DNA of 7,363 nucleotides from a virus: IMG/VR virus record IMGVR_UViG_3300006182_000001; one strand, 5' to 3'. Shown piece by piece: positions 4,024 to 7,363 of this stretch (position 1 is its first letter; each line of letters starts with the position of its first letter). The notes under the pieces were generated by a model. It saw only the letters and a program-made list of their open reading frames with translations, ran no database searches and was not told where the DNA came from. The position numbers and the translations under genes were made by a program.

Positions 4024-5514
4024 ATGGATAGTATTTGCCGCCTTCTTCGGTCTCGCCTGTGGCTCTATTGTTTGCTATGCGTTCTATCAGTCCTGATTGG
4101 CTCTGGTGCGCATGCTTCAACTCGTAAACACGTTTCTATGCCGACTGCTCAGAGTGTTGCTGGCAATCCCAGTGGGCAAGTAACGCGCACGGGCAATAGC
4201 CTGTTTGTTCCTGGGCAGCCACTGGAGGGGGAGTTTATTCCTGGGGTTGATGGGAAAAAGATTCCGGTTCGCGGGATATTGCCCACAATTGATTTTTCCA
4301 TTCCGCGCACTCTTACTCAGGGAAAGAATCTATTAAAGGGCGGCGTTATTGGCGCTGGTGTTTCTCTTGGTATTGATTGGATGTTGAGCCAGATAGGCGC
4401 GTTTATTGATGAAAACTCCGGCGCTCCCATGAAAAATGGCAAGAAGTCGGCCCCCGCAAGTAGTCTTTATTGGTGTCATGTAAACTCTGATACGCATTGT
4501 AATAACTCTGCACCGGACCGTATGCGCCTCTCTACGCCAACTCAATTTCCTGATATTTACAAGCCGTGGAATCCAAATAGTCAGCTTTGCTCAGTAACTT
4601 ATTCAATTCAAAATAATGGCGGCCAGGTTCTAATTAGCTATGTTTTTAACAACCCTGGTCAGTGCGGTGTTCGTGACGGCTCTGCTCAAATAACGTACTA
4701 CCGCCGCGGCACATGTCCGGCGCCTTCCTTTTTCGACGCAGAGCTAATGTCCTGCGTTGAAAATGCTCCTGTTCCGCTTGAGGACCCAGATTACGACCTG
4801 ATGTTTAACGCGGCGAACTCCCAGAATGCCGCTTGGCTAAAGGGGCTGCTTAAAGATGTTTGCGCCGCTTCTCCAAGCCCTGCCAGGTGCTTCGAGGAGA
4901 TGAAGCAAAATAGTGCTCTTAATGGTCCGGCTTCCGTTGCTGGCGGCACGACAACGCAAACAACCAACTCGGTAAGCCCTTCCGGCGTTTCCACGCAAAC
5001 TGTTACCACAACTAAAAATACATATAGCTTCACCTATGGCCCGACTTATTACGACTACCGCAAGACAACTCAGATCATCACTACTGAGAACGGCGAACCA
5101 AAGTCAGATACCACCATCGAGGACCCTGTAGAGCCTGAACAGGAGGAGAAACCGCCAGAGGAAGAACAGGAGGAGCCGGTGCTTTGCGCGGGTCAGGGCT
5201 GCGACGGTCCTGCATATGTTGATCAGTACGAACCAACCGATGTAACGAAAGAGGAGGCGATTGATTCGTACATGTCTCGCATTCAATCGATTCCGATTAT
5301 TGCGGCGGTTAGCGGGTTGTTCTCCGTAAACGTTAGCGGCACCTGCCCTGTTTGGGAGGTTAATTCTTCGCTTGATGTTATGGGCGCCTCGATGCCCATC
5401 AACTTGCGTTTTGATTACCTTTGCCTCCCTTGGGTTGTATCGCTCAAGCCCTGGATTCAGGCGGTAATGCTTGCAGTGTGTTTGATGCTCGCAATCCGCA
5501 TCGCACTGCTTTGA
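4024..5514 (+). CDS. gIII-like minor coat / host-adsorption protein (496 aa)
   Basis: Signal peptide MDSICRLLRSRLWLYCLLCVLSVLIGSGAHA|S; a Cys-containing N-terminal domain; a Thr/Ser-rich linker (GGTTTQTTNSVSPSGVSTQTVTTTK); an acidic Pro/Glu linker (EDPVEPEQEEKPPEEEQEEP); and a C-terminal membrane anchor (PWIQAVMLAVCLMLAIRIALL). Its size and its position before the gVI-like and zot-like genes also fit. Confidence 0.7.
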   Translation: MDSICRLLRSRLWLYCLLCVLSVLIGSGAHASTRKHVSMPTAQSVAGNPSGQVTRTGNSLFVPGQPLEGEFIPGVDGKKIPVRGILPTIDFSIPRTLTQGKNLLKGGVIGAGVSLGIDWMLSQIGAFIDENSGAPMKNGKKSAPASSLYWCHVNSDTHCNNSAPDRMRLSTPTQFPDIYKPWNPNSQLCSVTYSIQNNGGQVLISYVFNNPGQCGVRDGSAQITYYRRGTCPAPSFFDAELMSCVENAPVPLEDPDYDLMFNAANSQNAAWLKGLLKDVCAASPSPARCFEEMKQNSALNGPASVAGGTTTQTTNSVSPSGVSTQTVTTTKNTYSFTYGPTYYDYRKTTQIITTENGEPKSDTTIEDPVEPEQEEKPPEEEQEEPVLCAGQGCDGPAYVDQYEPTDVTKEEAIDSYMSRIQSIPIIAAVSGLFSVNVSGTCPVWEVNSSLDVMGASMPINLRFDYLCLPWVVSLKPWIQAVMLAVCLMLAIRIALL

Positions 5515-5523
5515 GGTGACGTT

Positions 5524-5871
5524 ATGATTCAGACAATAGTTAGTTGGATATCCGCGATCCTTCGATTCTTTACGCGCATATTTGAATGGTTCCTTGGCAT
5601 GCTCAAGGACATTATGGAGTTCTTCGCGGACCTCCCTGTTTTGATCTTCGAGGGAATCTTGGACGGGGCCATTTATTTGCTGTCCGCCATTCCTGTTCCT
5701 GAGTTCATGGCGTCCGGTAGTCAGGGCGCTTTGCAGGTCGCGTTCAATGCGCTCCATCCGGATGTCCAATACTTGGTTAACTTCTTTGGAATCCACCTAG
5801 GGCTTGCTGTTATCGGCGCTGGCGTTCTTTTTCGGCTAACTCGCAAGGCCGCAACTTTGGGCCAATGGTAG
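5524..5871 (+). CDS. gVI-like minor coat protein (115 aa, multi-TM)
   Basis: GAGG at 5513-5516 lies 7 nt upstream of the ATG. The protein is hydrophobic, about 112-115 aa, and sits between the gIII-like and gI/zot-like genes, as in Ff and Pf/Xanthomonas-type inoviruses. The assignment rests on synteny and physicochemistry. Confidence 0.6.
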   Translation: MIQTIVSWISAILRFFTRIFEWFLGMLKDIMEFFADLPVLIFEGILDGAIYLLSAIPVPEFMASGSQGALQVAFNALHPDVQYLVNFFGIHLGLAVIGAGVLFRLTRKAATLGQW

Positions 5872-5884
5872 GGAAGGGTAGAGC

Positions 5885-7045
5885 ATGATCTTTGGTAATG
5901 AAGGACTCCCGCGCTCGGGTAAGTCGCTTGATGCTATCCAGCATATTATTGATTCGCTCCAAGCTGGTCGCACGGTCATCACGAATATTCACGGACTCAG
6001 CGAAAGCGCCATCTCCGAATACTGCGCAATACCGCTGCCAACTGTTCAGCGTCTTCTCGTTTGCATAGTCCCGCCTAAAGAGTTGGACGAAGAAAAGAAG
6101 GTTGATTACGTCAAGGCTGAGTTTCTTAAGCGCCAGGTTAATGACTCGCTTTGGATATGGGACGAGATAAACCAGTTCTGGCCGCCTGAGCGTCAACCGT
6201 TGCCCGCTGAATGGGCGAAGTTCATCACCGAGCACGGCCACCTTGGTATTGATATCTTGATTATGGGTCAGGACCTATCTGAGCTTCATACCACTTGGCG
6301 CAAGCGGCTGCAGCGTTATACGCGGTTCACCAAGTTGGACATGATGGGCAAGGATGACCAATTCCACTGGCGCTCCCTGACAAACATCGGCAAGAACAAG
6401 TTTCGTGCAACTGCTGAAGGCAAGAAGCCGTATAACAAAGAGTTTTTCCCGCTTTACAAGTCGCACCGCGATGAAACTACGAACAAGGGTAACTATAAGG
6501 ACAAGCGCTTTGGCGTATTCCAGGCAAAGCATAAGTTCTGGGGTGCTGTCTTTGCCGTTGTCCTGGGTATTGCCATTTGGAATGTGGCCGGCTTCTTTTC
6601 AGCGCCCGAGGCACCAGAGAAAACCGAATCGGACGCGCCCGTAACCACTGAAGCAGCTCCGGCTACCGTTCCGCCACCTAAGCCGGCTCCTGAGGCTGAT
6701 GCGGTCGTATCTGAAACCGTCGAGACCAAGCGCGAGCCTATCGACTATCTCGACCAGTTCGCCCAGCAGTACCAGCTCCGTCTAGGCGCCATTCTGGACC
6801 GGCCCAATCCTCAGCCTGGACAGGCAGCGTTCGAATTCGTGCTTGATTTCGTGGACCCTTCATATCGCCTCAAGGAGCGTATGCGCCGCGTCGACGTTGC
6901 CGCCCTGGGCTGGGCCATTGAGCGTCACCCGTATGGCATCAGGATCGCCAAGGGCGATATCTCCTACGTCGCTCGCCCGTGGCCCCTGGACAACTTCGGC
7001 AAGGTTCCACAGGAAACCGTTAAGGCTCTCAAGCCGTCCCTGTGA
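5885..7045 (+). CDS. zot: Zot-like / gI-type phage assembly ATPase (386 aa)
   Basis: N-terminal Walker A GLPRSGKS (nt 5903-5926), Walker B-like LWIWDE, a single TM segment FWGAVFAVVLGIAIWNVAGFF (nt 6536-6598), a Pro/Ala-rich linker, then a C-terminal (periplasmic) domain. This is the typical zonular occludens toxin / pI architecture and position. Confidence 0.9.
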   Translation: MIFGNEGLPRSGKSLDAIQHIIDSLQAGRTVITNIHGLSESAISEYCAIPLPTVQRLLVCIVPPKELDEEKKVDYVKAEFLKRQVNDSLWIWDEINQFWPPERQPLPAEWAKFITEHGHLGIDILIMGQDLSELHTTWRKRLQRYTRFTKLDMMGKDDQFHWRSLTNIGKNKFRATAEGKKPYNKEFFPLYKSHRDETTNKGNYKDKRFGVFQAKHKFWGAVFAVVLGIAIWNVAGFFSAPEAPEKTESDAPVTTEAAPATVPPPKPAPEADAVVSETVETKREPIDYLDQFAQQYQLRLGAILDRPNPQPGQAAFEFVLDFVDPSYRLKERMRRVDVAALGWAIERHPYGIRIAKGDISYVARPWPLDNFGKVPQETVKALKPSL

Positions 7046-7164
7046 GGCCCGCCGCTGCTTGCAGCGTCGGCCGAACAGGGCGGTTGCTCTCCGGTCCCTG
7101 TCATCCTCGCGTACACTCCAGGCAGCCCCGGCGCGCGCTGTGCCGATATCGCCTTGGAGACCTC

Positions 7165-7350
7165 ATGCCAGCAGCTAACGACGATCAGATAGACGCCCAG
7201 CAGGATTTGGCCGTAGCGCTCCATGCGCGCTATCTGCTGGCCCTCAAGGGGCATCGTCGCGGCTCATTTGTCGCCGGCTTTTTCTACGGCTCGATGGTGG
7301 CCAGCATGTGCTGGTTTCTGTGGCCACGGCTCCAGACGCTTCTGTCCTAG
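7165..7350 (+). CDS. 61-aa membrane protein (MPAANDDQIDAQQDLAVALHARYLLALKGHRRGSFVAGFFYGSMVASMCWFLWPRLQTLLS)
   Basis: GGAGA at 7156-7160 lies 4 nt before the ATG. The ORF is GC3-rich. It has an N-terminal helix, a basic patch (KGHRRG), then a TM segment that begins with VAGFF. Its 3' end lies inside the terminal duplication. It competes with an antisense ORF (6964..7254), which I consider less likely. Confidence 0.5.
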   Translation: MPAANDDQIDAQQDLAVALHARYLLALKGHRRGSFVAGFFYGSMVASMCWFLWPRLQTLLS

Positions 7351-7363
7351 GCTTCGCATAATG
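7244..7363. repeat. Right copy of the exact 120-bp direct terminal duplication
   Basis: Identical to 1..120. This implies a circular molecule or a tandem array with a 7,243-bp period. Confidence 0.95.

Larger units (their letters stand above)
1..7363 (+). mobile_element. Complete filamentous (Inoviridae-like) ssDNA phage/prophage genome unit of 7,243 bp, shown with a 120-bp end overlap
   Basis: The gene order is the canonical inovirus layout: replication initiator, gV-like ssDNA-binding protein, small membrane/coat genes, terminator, gIII-like, gVI-like, Zot/gI-like. Positions 1..120 are identical to 7244..7363. Genes are compact, with overlapping or coupled starts. Confidence 0.9.

Noticed and set aside
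4019-4096. 25-aa hydrophobic micro-ORF (MIWIVFAAFFGLACGSIVCYAFYQS) overlapping the gIII-like start in another frame
   Set aside because: The shared GAGGG RBS is only 4 nt from this ATG but 9 nt from the gIII-like ATG at 4024. The hydrophobicity probably reflects the signal-peptide-coding sequence read out of frame. It is not excluded as a gVII/gIX-like peptide.
5104-6241. Minus-strand ORFs 5104..5796 (230 aa) and 5810..6241 (143 aa)
   Set aside because: They run antisense across the gIII-like/gVI-like junction and the Walker-A region of the zot-like gene. Their starts have no RBS. The + strand genes have strong functional signatures and coupled starts.
7048-7072. Imperfect GC-rich hairpin right after the zot stop as a terminator
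   Set aside because: The stem has mismatches and a minimal loop, and no T-tract follows. There is not enough evidence to call a terminator.
6964-7254. 96-aa minus-strand ORF overlapping the zot 3' end and the 61-aa gene
   Set aside because: It overlaps the end of a confident gene, has no RBS, and gives a Gly/Pro/Arg/Ala-rich translation. The + strand alternative has an RBS, GC3 bias and a clean TM topology.
1-7363. tRNA, rRNA, CRISPR array, transposase/IS ends
   Set aside because: I saw no cloverleaf-capable segments, no regularly spaced short repeats with unique spacers, and no terminal inverted repeats flanking a transposase-like ORF. The only long repeat is the 120-bp end duplication.

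Overview
The window holds one complete unit of a small filamentous (Inoviridae-type) ssDNA phage or prophage. The unit is 7,243 bp, and the window adds an exact 120-bp end duplication (1..120 = 7244..7363). All genes but one are on the + strand. In order they are: a dif-like attachment region, an array of GGTACC operator-like sites, an 84-aa RHH-like/coiled-coil protein, a hairpin-rich intergenic region (candidate ori/packaging signal), a divergent small regulator (- strand) with TTTGTCGAC operators, a gII/CRI-like replication initiator, two overlapping coupled small ORFs, an M13 gene V-like ssDNA-binding protein, a Cys-rich 62-aa protein, a 92-aa membrane protein, a 46-aa leaderless major coat protein followed by a strong terminator, a second diverged coat paralog, a gIII-like adsorption protein, a gVI-like protein, a Zot/gI-like assembly ATPase, and a 61-aa membrane protein that crosses the circular junction. 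No integrase, secretin, tRNA or CRISPR is visible. Five observations stand out. (1) Two inverted dif-like sites can fold into a CTXphi-style forked-hairpin attP in the + strand, and the end duplication stops exactly at the predicted XerC crossover. (2) The pentapeptide VAGFF recurs at a transmembrane-segment boundary in five different proteins. (3) Two tandem coat paralogs differ sharply in codon usage and charge. (4) A lower-GC structural cassette (about 3796..6600) has its right junction inside the zot-like gene. (5) There are two separate operator families. All family assignments come from reading the sequence and from memory, not from searches.
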